Origin: an uncultured delta proteobacterium
GTDB taxonomy: Bacteria; Desulfobacterota; Binatia; UBA9968
Assembly: GCA_963804165.1 (NCBI GenBank)
Contig: CAWDPO010000045.1
Span: forward strand, 128,001-192,000
DNA length: 64,000 nucleotides
Reading direction: 5' to 3'
A program made the position numbers and the translations under genes. Shown here piece by piece: positions 21,170 through 30,954 of this stretch. The notes below the pieces were generated by a model. That model worked only from the letters and a program-made list of their open reading frames with translations. It was not told the origin of the DNA and made no database searches. How positions within the stretch are numbered: position 1 is the first letter of the stretch; each line of letters starts with the position of its first letter.

Positions 21170-22222
21170 TCAATTACCCAAGATTTTTCGCGCTTGTTCG
21201 ATCACTTCGGGAGACTGGCTCAAGACTTCTTTGAGCAACGCCTCTAACTCTTCACCCGAAGTGTACTCCACGTCCATCCGGCTTTTTTTCGCGTCGGCCA
21301 AAAGCTCCGCGTCTTTCATGACACCGCGAAAACTCTCGCGCAGGATCTTAACTCTATCGGACGGCGTCCCCGGCGTCACGAGCACGGGGCGGCCGAATTC
21401 ACCGCCGGACAATAGCGCTTGAGCGACGCGACGTTTGCCGTCCGGAACTTTAAATTCCTCCAATACCTCGTAGACAGTCGGCGCTTCGGGCGCGCGCGGA
21501 TCGCGCTTGCGTCCGGACTGAAGCAGGTGAAGGTCGAAGCCTTTCTTGTGCCAGGAGTTGAACGGTTCGCGGCCGAAATGCGACGCCAGCGTATGGGCGC
21601 GGCAGACGATCTCGCCCTTCTCAACGGCAAGGTCGGCGTCGCTACCACCTTGATAACCTGAAACCGAGTTGATCTTCCCGCCCATGGTGAGCTCTATGAT
21701 CCTCGCCACGATATAGTCCGAGCTGGTGGTTCCCGAACCACCGCAACTGGGTGGCTGTTTGGCTCTGACAATATCGGCGACGGTTTTGTATGGCGTGTCG
21801 GCGCGCATGTAAAACATGATCGAATCTTGCGATGCTGAACCGAGCCAATGAAACTTCCGCAGGTCAAACTGCGCCTCCTTACGTCCCACCAGCTGTTCGA
21901 TGTAGATGCTGTTGTTCGGCAAGACAACTGTTAAGCCATCCGGTTTTGCCACGCCATAAGCGTAATTGACGGAAGTGATCGACCCGGCGCCGGGCATGTT
22001 TTGTACGATCACATTAGGGTTTCCAGGAATATATTTACCCCAATAACGAGCAATGAGACGAGCCCAAGAATCGTAGAAATTAGCGGTCGCGGAGCCGACC
22101 ACAAACCTAAGTGTTTTGCCCTTGTAAAAGGGCTCGCTCTGGCCCCAAACCGACGGCGCAAGCCAAGCCGTGATCACAAACAGAACGGCGCAACGGAGCA
22201 ACTGTTTTAAGCACACGTGCAT
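21170..22222 (-). CDS. Tripartite tricarboxylate transporter substrate-binding protein (TctC/Bug-like)
   Basis: PGNPNVIVQNMPGAG, AKPDGLT, GRPVLVTPGTP. Confidence 0.88.
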   Translation of the reverse strand: MHVCLKQLLRCAVLFVITAWLAPSVWGQSEPFYKGKTLRFVVGSATANFYDSWARLIARYWGKYIPGNPNVIVQNMPGAGSITSVNYAYGVAKPDGLTVVLPNNSIYIEQLVGRKEAQFDLRKFHWLGSASQDSIMFYMRADTPYKTVADIVRAKQPPSCGGSGTTSSDYIVARIIELTMGGKINSVSGYQGGSDADLAVEKGEIVCRAHTLASHFGREPFNSWHKKGFDLHLLQSGRKRDPRAPEAPTVYEVLEEFKVPDGKRRVAQALLSGGEFGRPVLVTPGTPSDRVKILRESFRGVMKDAELLADAKKSRMDVEYTSGEELEALLKEVLSQSPEVIEQARKILGN

Positions 22223-22490
22223 ATTCGTCTCCAATTCAACATCGTTCCAGAGGCGACGACTATCGCGATCCGGAAAATATCGACTTCGCAGCCACGAGTT
22301 CATTCCGTAACGAGATGGCAAAGGCTATTCGATCGCAGCCCAGTGTGTCAACGCCGAAATTTGTATTATCAAAAATCGTCCCTCGGCTAGATGGCTCGGA
22401 ATGTAAATGAGTCGCGGCTTTTTTGCTGCCGATTCGCGTCGACGCACAGCGCTTTTCATGCTACCCGTGGTAAATTAACTTTCGCGACCT

Positions 22491-24129
22491 ATGGCGGATC
22501 ACGAAACCCAACAAGCGCGCGCGAGCGTAGCGCGCAATGCCGGTATCATCAGCCTTGCTGTGATGGCCAGCCGCGTACTGGGGCTGGTGCGCGATCAAGT
22601 GTTCGCCGCGCTGTTCGGAGCGGGTCTGCAGTACGATGCCTTTCTCACCGCGTTCCGCATTCCCAATCTGCTGCGCGATCTTTTTGCCGAGGGCGCCCTC
22701 TCCGCCGCGTTCGTGACGACGTTTACCCAGACCCTCCAGAGCAAAGGCAAAGAGGAGGCCGCTCAGCTGTCGAACCGAGTGGCGACTCTCATCATCTTGG
22801 TGATCGGCGCCATTTCGATTCTCGGCTGGATCTATGCGGCGTCGATCGTTCGAATTCTCGCGCCGGGATTTTTTGCCGTTCCCGGAAAAGCCGAGCTCAC
22901 CGTCACTCTCACTCGCGTCATGATTCCGTTCCTGTTGCTCGTCGCGCTCGCCGCCCAGGCCATGGGGATGTTGAACGCGTTTAACATTTTCGGCGTGCCC
23001 GCGATCGCTTCGGCGTTCTTCAATCTCGGCTCCATCGTCGGCGGCCTGATACTGGGTTATGCCCTCGGCCCGACGCTCGGACTCACGCCCATCGCCGGCA
23101 TGGCCTACGGCACTCTGATCGGCGGATTTTTGCAATTCGCCGTGCAGTGGCCGAGTCTCCGTCGCTGCGGCATCGGCTTTCGGCCGATGATCAGCTTAAG
23201 CGATCCCGGCGTGCGCCAGATCTTCCGCCTGATGGGACCGGCGATTATCGGCACTGCCGCGGTGCAGATCAACGTTTTCGTGAATACCAATTTCGCCTCG
23301 GAGATCCTCGATCCCGCCACCGGCACCGTGACCAATGGTCCAGTGTCCTGGTTGACTTACGCGTTCCGTTTCATGCAATTTCCCATCGGCGTCTTCGGCG
23401 TCGCTATCGCGACGGCGGCACTGCCGTCACTGTCACGCAGCACGGCAAATCCCGACTCTTCGGAGTTTCGTCAAACTCTGGCGCATTCGTTGGCGTTGGT
23501 ATTTCTGCTATGCATTCCATCCGCCATCGGCCTGGCGGTTTTGGGCGAGCCAATTATCGCGCTCGTTTTCGAGCGTGGAAAATTCACCGCCTTTGACACC
23601 GTGCAGACCGCCCATGCTCTGGCGGCGTACGCGATCGGCCTTGCCGGTTACGCCGCTGTTAAAGTGCTCTCTCCGGCATTTTACGCGCTCAATGACGCGC
23701 GCACGCCGATGCTGATCAGCCTCGGCTCGATCGCAGTCAATTATGCGATGAATTCGATGCTTGTCGGCCCGTTCGGCCACGTCGGCTTGGCTTTTTCCAC
23801 CTCGGCGGTCGCCCTGGTTAATTTTTTGTTGCTCGCACTATTTATGCGTCGCCGTTTAGGCAGACTTGGAGGACGCGCTCTGGGATCAACGGTGCTAAAA
23901 ATTTGCGCAGCGTCCATACCGATGGCGGCGGCGGCGTGGGTCGTGACGGAGCTGACCAGCGCGCTGCCGCTGCGGGACCTCGCGCTCCATTTGGTCCAAG
24001 TCGTTCGGCGCTATCGGTTTAGCGACGATGGTTTTTTACTGGAGCTGTCGCTTATTGCGAGTCGAAGAATTGCACGAGGCCGTGAACGCCGTCGGCGGCA
24101 GATTTACGCGGTTGCTGCGCCGTAGTTAA
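22491..24129 (+). CDS. murJ: Lipid II flippase MurJ (frameshift near C-terminus)
   Basis: SRVLGLVRD, AFRIPNLLRDLFAEGALSAAFV, QFPIGVFG; true stop probably TAA 24127-24129. Confidence 0.95.
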
Positions 24130-24249
24130 GCGTAAGATTCGACCGCCTGCTGCGAATCCCGTTTAACTCCGAACGCTGACTCAAGACTCTCCGAGCATTG
24201 ACAGCGCCTGGCCCAACATTTAACAATCCGGCAGTCCGTAGGAGGTTTT

Positions 24250-24738
24250 ATGCCGAAAGTCAATTCGCTTGGCCATGTGGGCGTTTACGTGCGCGACATC
24301 GAACGTTCGGTCGCCTTCTATCGGGATATTCTCGGCCTTCAAGTGAGCGATAGAAGTCCCCGCGGCGCGGTGTTCATGACATCGCAGGACCGTTTGGCAG
24401 AACATCACGAGCTCTATTTGGCGCCGGGCCGCAACGACGACGGCAAAGTCAACGTCTTGCAGCAAATTTCCTTCCACTGCCCGACGCTTAAAGACGTCAA
24501 AGATTTTTATGGGGTGTTCGTCGAAAAAAAAGTGCCGATTCAGCGCGTCGTCAGTCATGGCAACACGGTGAGCATTTACTTCGAAGATCCGGACGGCAAC
24601 TCAGTAGAAGTGTACTGGTCGACAGGCGTCGACGTACCGCAACCTTTCGGCAAGCCGATGGATCTAACCAAGAGCGACGCAGACATCAGAGAACAGCTCA
24701 ACCAGATCCTGAAAGATTGGGAACAACAATCGCAATAG
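24250..24738 (+). CDS. VOC (glyoxalase/extradiol dioxygenase) family protein
   Basis: LGHVGVYVRD, HHEL, SIYFEDPDGNSVE; AGGAGG RBS. Confidence 0.9.
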   Translation: MPKVNSLGHVGVYVRDIERSVAFYRDILGLQVSDRSPRGAVFMTSQDRLAEHHELYLAPGRNDDGKVNVLQQISFHCPTLKDVKDFYGVFVEKKVPIQRVVSHGNTVSIYFEDPDGNSVEVYWSTGVDVPQPFGKPMDLTKSDADIREQLNQILKDWEQQSQ

Positions 24739-24798
24739 TTCACGACTCGCGGTTTGGTTGAACAGAAACGTGGGTCGAAAAGACCAACACGCTTGTCT

Positions 24799-25815
24799 TC
24801 ATCTCACTCCGTAGGAACTGTACAGCCGGCTGATAAATCCGCTCTCTTCTAGTCTTTTCACAATTCGGTCGTCGATCAAATCTTCAACTTTGATCGTTTC
24901 CAGTTTCGGATTGCGCGTCTTCAGCAAGCGTTGCATATTGCGCAGTCCTTCCAAGGAAGGCATCGGCCGTCTGTCGAGACTCAAAAGCAGATCCTGGTAA
25001 CCCTCTTCGGCGGCTGCTGGATCATTGAGTTTTAGATTTTTCGTCATCGCCCTGATCACAGCGGGCTTGTTCTTCGCGCTCAGGATGAATGCCACGCTCT
25101 CAACCAAACCTTTGACCACGCCTTCCAGCGTTTCCGCCCGCTCGCGCATAAAGGCAGATCGAGTCACCACGCCGAGCCCAACGTAAGCGATGTTGGCCTG
25201 GCTAAGCTCCGCCAGTATCGGGAAGCCCTTCTGTTTCAGTTTGCGGCTAAACAAGCCGTCGAGAAGCGTCGCGTCGATTCTGCCGCTTTCCAACGCCTGC
25301 GCCAGGACCGTCTGATCACCGATGATAACAAAGCTAATATTGTCGCGTTGCGGGTCTAGCCCAAGGTGTTCCAATCCAAGCATGGCGCCCATCCAAAGGC
25401 CGCCACCGAAATTTTGAATGCCGAAGCGCTTGCCACGCAGGTCTTTGACCGTCTTCACGCTCGGTGTCGCGACCACGTCGTAACCGACCCGTGAGTTGAG
25501 CGCAGCGACCATTTTCGCATCCAGCCCGCCGCCGGCCGCGCCCATCAATACCGTGCCGCCGGTATAAAGGATGTGGATCTCACCAACACTCAGGCCGCCG
25601 ATCATGACCGGCGGCTGCGGCACGAAAATGACCTCCGCCTCAGCGCCGTATTTGCTGAAGAATTTCTGCTCGCGCGCGATCCATAGGGGCGTGATGCGGG
25701 CATTCAGCGCGCCATGGACGATGATGATCTTCGACGCCGCGGCTGCAGCAGGACCAGACTGTGCGTAGTGAAAGATCTCTAAGACGGTAATGACGAGCGC
25801 AATGAACTTGAACAT
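24799..25815 (-). CDS. ABC-type substrate-binding protein, NMT1/THI5/SsuA-like
   Basis: PLWIAREQKFFSKYG, DLRGKRFGI; start probably ATG 25815. Confidence 0.88.
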   Translation of the reverse strand: MFKFIALVITVLEIFHYAQSGPAAAAASKIIIVHGALNARITPLWIAREQKFFSKYGAEAEVIFVPQPPVMIGGLSVGEIHILYTGGTVLMGAAGGGLDAKMVAALNSRVGYDVVATPSVKTVKDLRGKRFGIQNFGGGLWMGAMLGLEHLGLDPQRDNISFVIIGDQTVLAQALESGRIDATLLDGLFSRKLKQKGFPILAELSQANIAYVGLGVVTRSAFMRERAETLEGVVKGLVESVAFILSAKNKPAVIRAMTKNLKLNDPAAAEEGYQDLLLSLDRRPMPSLEGLRNMQRLLKTRNPKLETIKVEDLIDDRIVKRLEESGFISRLYSSYGVR

Positions 25816-26031
25816 CGCAACTTGCCGGATGGAGTATGGCAGCATTTCTAACACCGCCTCTCCCGGTTTGGCAAATGAGAAGAGCACATGCGTTCGCTCC
25901 GCTTCATGCGGTAGAGTGTGATGCTCCAAAGCAGCCACAGACGTTGTTCTTGAATCGTGCAACCCTTGACGAGAACGCTAGATGGCCGTATGCCTCACCC
26001 AGGCGCATCGTCACGCAAACGAGGCAGAATC

Positions 26032-27024
26032 ATGCGAGTAGACATTCATAGCCACACCGCTCCCGCGAAATACCTCGAAGCGATCCGGCGCGACCCCAAG
26101 AGCATGGGCTGTCGCCTCGAAAAAGACGACCAGGGACTCGAATCGGTCGTGCAGGACAACGGTCGCTCCACGCGCGTGCGCGTGAATCTCATCGATCCGG
26201 AACTTCGCCTGCGCGAGATGGCCGCGGAGCAAGTCGACGTCATCGTCGAGTCGCTCTTGCCACCGCTTTTGCCGCTGTGGGCGCCGACGGCGGTCGGCGT
26301 GCGCGTTTGCCAGGTCGTCAATGACGCCATAGCCGAAGACGCGAAGCGCTATCCGGGACGCATTGTCGGCATGGCCGTTGTTCCCCTGCAGGACGTCGGC
26401 GAAGCGATCCGCGAGCTCGATCGCGTTGTTAAAGAACATGCGATCCGGGCAGTCCTGATTCCGGCGAGCCACCACGGCAAGAATTTGGATGAACCAGAAT
26501 TCTTTCCGTTCTTCGATCGCGCTCAGGAGCGTGGCGTGTTGATTTTCATTCATCCGCACGAAGTCGCCGCCGCCGATCGGCTAAAAAAATACGCGCTCAA
26601 CAATTTGATCGGCAATCCGCTGGAGACCACCATCGCGCAGGCGAGCCTGATCTTCGGCGGCGTGCTCGAGCGACTGCCGGAATTGAAAATATGCTGCGCT
26701 CACGGCGGCGGCTATTCGCCGTGGATTCGCGGCCGCTGGCGCCATGGCCACACCAGCCGGCATGAAGCGAAAGAGGTGATTACCCGCTCGATCGATGAAT
26801 ATCTCGGCCGCGTGTACTTCGACACCTGCGTCTTTGATCCGGCGTCCCTCGAGTTTCTGATCAAAACCATGGGGAGTGATCGCGTCCTGCTCGGCACCGA
26901 TTACCCGACACCGATGATGGCCGCCGATCAGGTTGCGGTCATTGACGCGATTGACGGCCTCGCCATCGAGGACAAAGAAAAAGTCATGGGCGGCAATGCC
27001 GCCACATTACTAGAATTGCAATGA
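26032..27024 (+). CDS. Amidohydrolase-2 family protein (ACMSD-like)
   Basis: DIHSH, FIHP, IGNPLET, AHGGG, LGTDYP. Confidence 0.92.
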   Translation: MRVDIHSHTAPAKYLEAIRRDPKSMGCRLEKDDQGLESVVQDNGRSTRVRVNLIDPELRLREMAAEQVDVIVESLLPPLLPLWAPTAVGVRVCQVVNDAIAEDAKRYPGRIVGMAVVPLQDVGEAIRELDRVVKEHAIRAVLIPASHHGKNLDEPEFFPFFDRAQERGVLIFIHPHEVAAADRLKKYALNNLIGNPLETTIAQASLIFGGVLERLPELKICCAHGGGYSPWIRGRWRHGHTSRHEAKEVITRSIDEYLGRVYFDTCVFDPASLEFLIKTMGSDRVLLGTDYPTPMMAADQVAVIDAIDGLAIEDKEKVMGGNAATLLELQ

Positions 27025-27045
27025 CAGCGAATGCGAAGGGTTGCG

Positions 27046-27194
27046 AATTTCAAACAAATTCCAAATCCTAAACTCGAAACAAACTCAAATGTTCAAAAAA
27101 CACAAAACTCAAAACCAAGATGCTTCCGAGTTTATTTATTGGCCTTTGGTTTAGAGTATTTGTTTCGGATTTCGAGCTTCGGATTTCGGATTTA
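27046..27194. repeat. AT-rich approx. 7-nt periodic inverted repeat array
   Basis: aaatcctaaactcgaaacaaa... mirrored by ...tttgtttcggatttcgagcttcggatttcggattt. Confidence 0.7.
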
Positions 27195-27211
27195 AACAAG
27201 AGAGGTGGCTC

Positions 27212-27790
27212 ATGACACGCATTCCTTACGTCGATCCTGAAACGGTCACAGATTCAGAAATCAAAGGTTATCTCGAACGCGCCCGCCGCGAGGGCACGCC
27301 GCGACCGGAAAGCCAGGCGGTGCGCGCGCATGTGCCCGATGTCATTCGCGCCTTTTCCCAGGCCTGGGAGCTGACTTTTCGCAACGGTGTAGTCGATCAC
27401 GCGCTCAAAGAGCTCTGCCGGGTCTATGTTTCGAAATCGATCCAGTGCGAGTATTGAGGCGTGCAGCGCTCCGTCCAGGCTGGACGGCAGGGCCTCACCG
27501 AAGAGAAGTATGACGAGCTACTCAACTTCGCCGACTCGGACAAGTTTACCGAGCGGGAAAAAGTCGCGCTGACTTACACCAGCGCAATCGCGTGGAATTC
27601 CGATATCGCCGACGACGCGCTGTGGCAGAAACTGCACCAGCACTTTTCAATTCCGGAGTTAGTCGAGCTCGGCTTTTTTATCGGTCTCACCCTCGGCCAG
27701 CAGCGTTGGATCAAAACCCTCGGTATCGACCACGGCGCCGTGCTCGGCGACACCGCCGCGGGACTTGCGCCAGCCATCAAATTGGATTGA
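27212..27790 (+). CDS. AhpD/CMD-family protein, probable selenoprotein (CxxU, TGA at 27455-27457)
   Basis: ORFs 27212..27457 and 27461..27790 are in the same frame, separated by one TGA in CEY-TGA-GVQRS; downstream hairpin; read-through gives one 192-aa CMD-type protein. Confidence 0.85.
27455..27497 (+). promoter_or_regulatory. Putative bacterial SECIS element
   Basis: CCGTCCA-GGC-TGGACGG stem at 27471-27487 with G-rich loop about 20 nt after the UGA; outer TGAGGC/GCCTCA pairing. Confidence 0.7.
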
Positions 27791-27794
27791 AATC

Positions 27795-27857
27795 ACCCTC
27801 TCTTTTTTTGGCCTCTCCCTCACTGGGAGAGGCCGCCGCAACGACGGGTGAGGGTTA
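27795..27857. repeat. CCCTCACCC/CCTCTCCC-GGGAGAGG-type palindromic repeat between convergent genes
   Basis: ggcctctccc-tcact-gggagaggcc...gggtgaggg. Confidence 0.65.
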
Positions 27858-27893
27858 GATGAAAGACAATTTGAGCCGCGCAAATCATCGATC

Positions 27894-29573
27894 TCAAGTA
27901 ATAGCAGCGCTTTGCTGCGTCGCCAGCGCCGCGACATCTTCGACGACGAAGATCGCCAGCGCTTCCCGGCGATTTCTGACCGTGGCCGCGTGCCGCGGAA
28001 ACACGCTCACGTTCAATCCCGCCTGCTTCGCCACTTCTTCGGAGATCACCAGCTGGCAGGCATATTCCTTGGTCAAATCCTGCAGCCGGCTGGCCACGTT
28101 GACGGTGTCGCCGATTGCCGTGAGATGAATACTGGGACCATATCCCATGCGTCCCACCACCGCCGGTCCACAGTGAATACCGACGCCGATCTTGAGCGGT
28201 TCGGCCAACTCGCCGGCGAGCGCCTGGCTGAGGGCGTTGACCTGCTCGACCATACGCATCGCCGCCGCCAGCGCTTGACGGCAACCTTCGGCCGGTCCGG
28301 ACTCGACGCCGAATAATGCCATAACACCGTCGCCGATAAATTTATCGACCGTACCGCCGGCGCGCGTAATGCTCTCGCCGACCGTTTCGAAATAGCTGTT
28401 CAACAGAAAAACCAAATCGTACGGCAGTTTTTGCTCGGCGATGCCCGTAAACGTGCGCAGATCGGCAAACAGGACCGCAATGGTTCTCTCCTCGCCAGCG
28501 AGATAGGAAGGTTGGGCATAGCCGTCGCTGGCGTTGGCGTTGGCCGGCACGAGCGGCGTGACCGAAATATTTTCCACCGGCCGCAGTTGGCAAGCCAGAC
28601 GCACGTTCGGCGGCGCGCCAACGCGCTGCAACACCTTTTGTTCGGCGGCGCTCGGCGCCGGCTGTTTAGAGAATCCCTCGGTGACGCGAATCCGGCAAGT
28701 CGAGCAGCGGCCGCGGCCGCCGCAAACCGACGCATGAGCGATCCTGGCGAATCGGCTCGCTTCGAGAACGGAAAACCCGCGCGGCACCTGCACCTCGCGC
28801 CCGTCGGAGTAGGCAATGCGGATTCTGCTGCGCCGCTCAAACATGTCGCGCGCGATGCGCGCGAGCAACGTCAGAAGAACCGCAATCACATAAGTCGCGA
28901 CTATCGCGTCATCGAGGCGGTAAAGCGGTTCGCGTTCGCTGCGCGGCAGAACTTTGGATTGCTCAATAACCTGCGTGATCCAGTTCGGCTCCCGCGCCAC
29001 GAGATTGTCCACCTCGTGCCCGGCTTGCGTGAATCCCAAGAGTCCCAAGACCGGCAGTAGCAGAGCGCAGCCGAGAAATGTCGGCGCGGCTCGACGATAC
29101 CACGGTCGCAAACGCAGCCAGAAGTGAAACCCGATGCAGCCATGCAGCCACGCGACGGTAATCAAAACCGTTTGTTTGAGCGCGTTCCACGGCGCCGCGT
29201 GCCAAAGCGTGAGAACCAATAAAGAGTACGAATCTTCGACGCCGAACCATTCATGACTCATGCGAGTGCCGACGAAGTGAAGCGAAAGCAGTGGCGGTAT
29301 CGATAACCCGAGCGTCAGTTGCAGCGCTTCCCACAGAGGCAGCCGAAGATGGCGGCGTTGATAAAGCGACCAAAGGGCGAGCGAAAAATGCGTCAGTAGA
29401 GAGCCATAGAGCGCCACGGTTCCCACCGGGTTGCGCCACAGGGCGAGGAACCAGACCCGGCCGGCTTCCATGGCGTTAAGCGAGATCAAGCCCAGCGCAT
29501 GGTTGAGCAGGTGCGTCGCCAAGTAAGTGAGCAGAATAAGCCCGGTGACCAATCGCGTGCGGCGAACATGCAT
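27894..29573 (-). CDS. Class III adenylate cyclase with His-rich membrane domain and 2Fe-2S ferredoxin domain (CyaC-like)
   Basis: TM helices with His (THLLNH, LTHF, SLHF, WLHG); CGGRGRCSTC...LACQ; FADLR, DKFIGDG, TAIGDTVNVASR. Confidence 0.92.
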   Translation of the reverse strand: MHVRRTRLVTGLILLTYLATHLLNHALGLISLNAMEAGRVWFLALWRNPVGTVALYGSLLTHFSLALWSLYQRRHLRLPLWEALQLTLGLSIPPLLSLHFVGTRMSHEWFGVEDSYSLLVLTLWHAAPWNALKQTVLITVAWLHGCIGFHFWLRLRPWYRRAAPTFLGCALLLPVLGLLGFTQAGHEVDNLVAREPNWITQVIEQSKVLPRSEREPLYRLDDAIVATYVIAVLLTLLARIARDMFERRSRIRIAYSDGREVQVPRGFSVLEASRFARIAHASVCGGRGRCSTCRIRVTEGFSKQPAPSAAEQKVLQRVGAPPNVRLACQLRPVENISVTPLVPANANASDGYAQPSYLAGEERTIAVLFADLRTFTGIAEQKLPYDLVFLLNSYFETVGESITRAGGTVDKFIGDGVMALFGVESGPAEGCRQALAAAMRMVEQVNALSQALAGELAEPLKIGVGIHCGPAVVGRMGYGPSIHLTAIGDTVNVASRLQDLTKEYACQLVISEEVAKQAGLNVSVFPRHAATVRNRREALAIFVVEDVAALATQQSAAIT

Positions 29574-29812
29574 ATTGAGTTGTCAATCTACTACGAGTCC
29601 GCGTGCGCCGTCTATGTTACTAGTTGGCTAGCTTTACGCGCCTGCTGCAAACAGGATTCTAGACCGCTTTCTTACTCCGTCTATATGCCTTGATACCCTT
29701 GCTTGCTGCGGTTGATTTCCGCTATAAACTCGTCCTATTTATGAACTGCCGCTGATTTGACAAATCGGGCCATCGCGCCACAACCGGGGCGATGCAGAAA
29801 CGGAGAAAAATA

Positions 29813-30949
29813 ATGCGAGATGGATTCAAAGTCATCGACGCCGACCGCCACGTGCTGGAACCGACGGACCTGTTCGACAAGTATCTGCCGGCAAAATTTC
29901 GCGGACGCGTAAAGATCGAAGGACCCAATCAGTCGTTCCGTTCGATCGACGGCGAACCGATTTCCGACGCCGACAAGTTGCGCGACACGTCGAAACAGGA
30001 AGATTACGGTTTTACCTTCGCCGGATCCAAGCGCTGGCGCGAAACTTTTGCCGACGCCCTGGCCGCCAAGTTCGACGCGCCATCGAACGTCCGCGACATG
30101 GACCGCGAAGGCGTCGATGTTTCGGTGCTCTTCCCGACTCTCGGACTTTACATCATGTGGCGCGACAACCTCGACCCTGAGTTGAGCGCCGCCATCTGCC
30201 GCGCTTACAATACTTGGCTCGCCGACTATTGCAGCTATGATCCGAAACGGCTGCACGGCGTCTGCCTGATCCCGCTCCAGGATCCGGCGCGGTCGGTCGA
30301 AGAACTGCGCTATGCCAAAGAGAAGCTCGGACTCGTCGGCATTTTTTGGCGGCCGAATAAACTCTGCGGACGGACGCTTTCGAGTCCGGACTATTATCCG
30401 GTCTACGAAGCCGCCGCCGATCTCGGCGTCGCCGTGTGCGTGCACGAAGGCGCGCGCACTGTGCTCGAACAATGCGGTTCGGACCGCTACAGCGAGTTTG
30501 GCCGCCACATCGCCTGCCATCCGTTGGAGCAGATGCTCGCGTCTTTGAACCTGTGCGCTGACGGCGTGCTGGAAAAATTCCCCAAGCTCAACGTCGCTTA
30601 CCTCGAATCCGGCTGCGGCTGGGTGCCATTCTGGCTCGAGCGCATGGACGAGCACTGGGAGCATGAAGGACAAGGCCAGGCCAAAACCACGCACGAGAAA
30701 CCGAGCTACTATTTTAAGCGCCAGTGTTGGGCGAGCTGCGAAGCCGGCGAAGAGTTGGCTCCGGTGTTTATCGAACACGTCGGCGCCGATTATTTAACCA
30801 TCGCCACCGACTATCCGCACAGCGATTGCATCGGCAAGTTTCCCGACCGCACGGTGGGCGACCTGACAAAAAATGATCGAATCTCAACTGAAGCGCGCCG
30901 GAAAATTCTTTGGGACAATCCGGTGCGCCTGTACGGACTGGAGGTCTGA
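29813..30949 (+). CDS. Amidohydrolase-2 family protein
   Basis: IDADRHVLEP, RAYNTW, VHEG, LESGCGW, ATDYPH. Confidence 0.92.
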   Translation: MRDGFKVIDADRHVLEPTDLFDKYLPAKFRGRVKIEGPNQSFRSIDGEPISDADKLRDTSKQEDYGFTFAGSKRWRETFADALAAKFDAPSNVRDMDREGVDVSVLFPTLGLYIMWRDNLDPELSAAICRAYNTWLADYCSYDPKRLHGVCLIPLQDPARSVEELRYAKEKLGLVGIFWRPNKLCGRTLSSPDYYPVYEAAADLGVAVCVHEGARTVLEQCGSDRYSEFGRHIACHPLEQMLASLNLCADGVLEKFPKLNVAYLESGCGWVPFWLERMDEHWEHEGQGQAKTTHEKPSYYFKRQCWASCEAGEELAPVFIEHVGADYLTIATDYPHSDCIGKFPDRTVGDLTKNDRISTEARRKILWDNPVRLYGLEV

Positions 30950-30954
30950 TTCCC

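Noticed and set aside
29735-30778. Long antisense ORFs (also 16702..17625, 12350..13165, 57737..58543, 44796..45530)
   Set aside because: Shadows of well-supported genes on the other strand, expected in GC-rich DNA; no motifs
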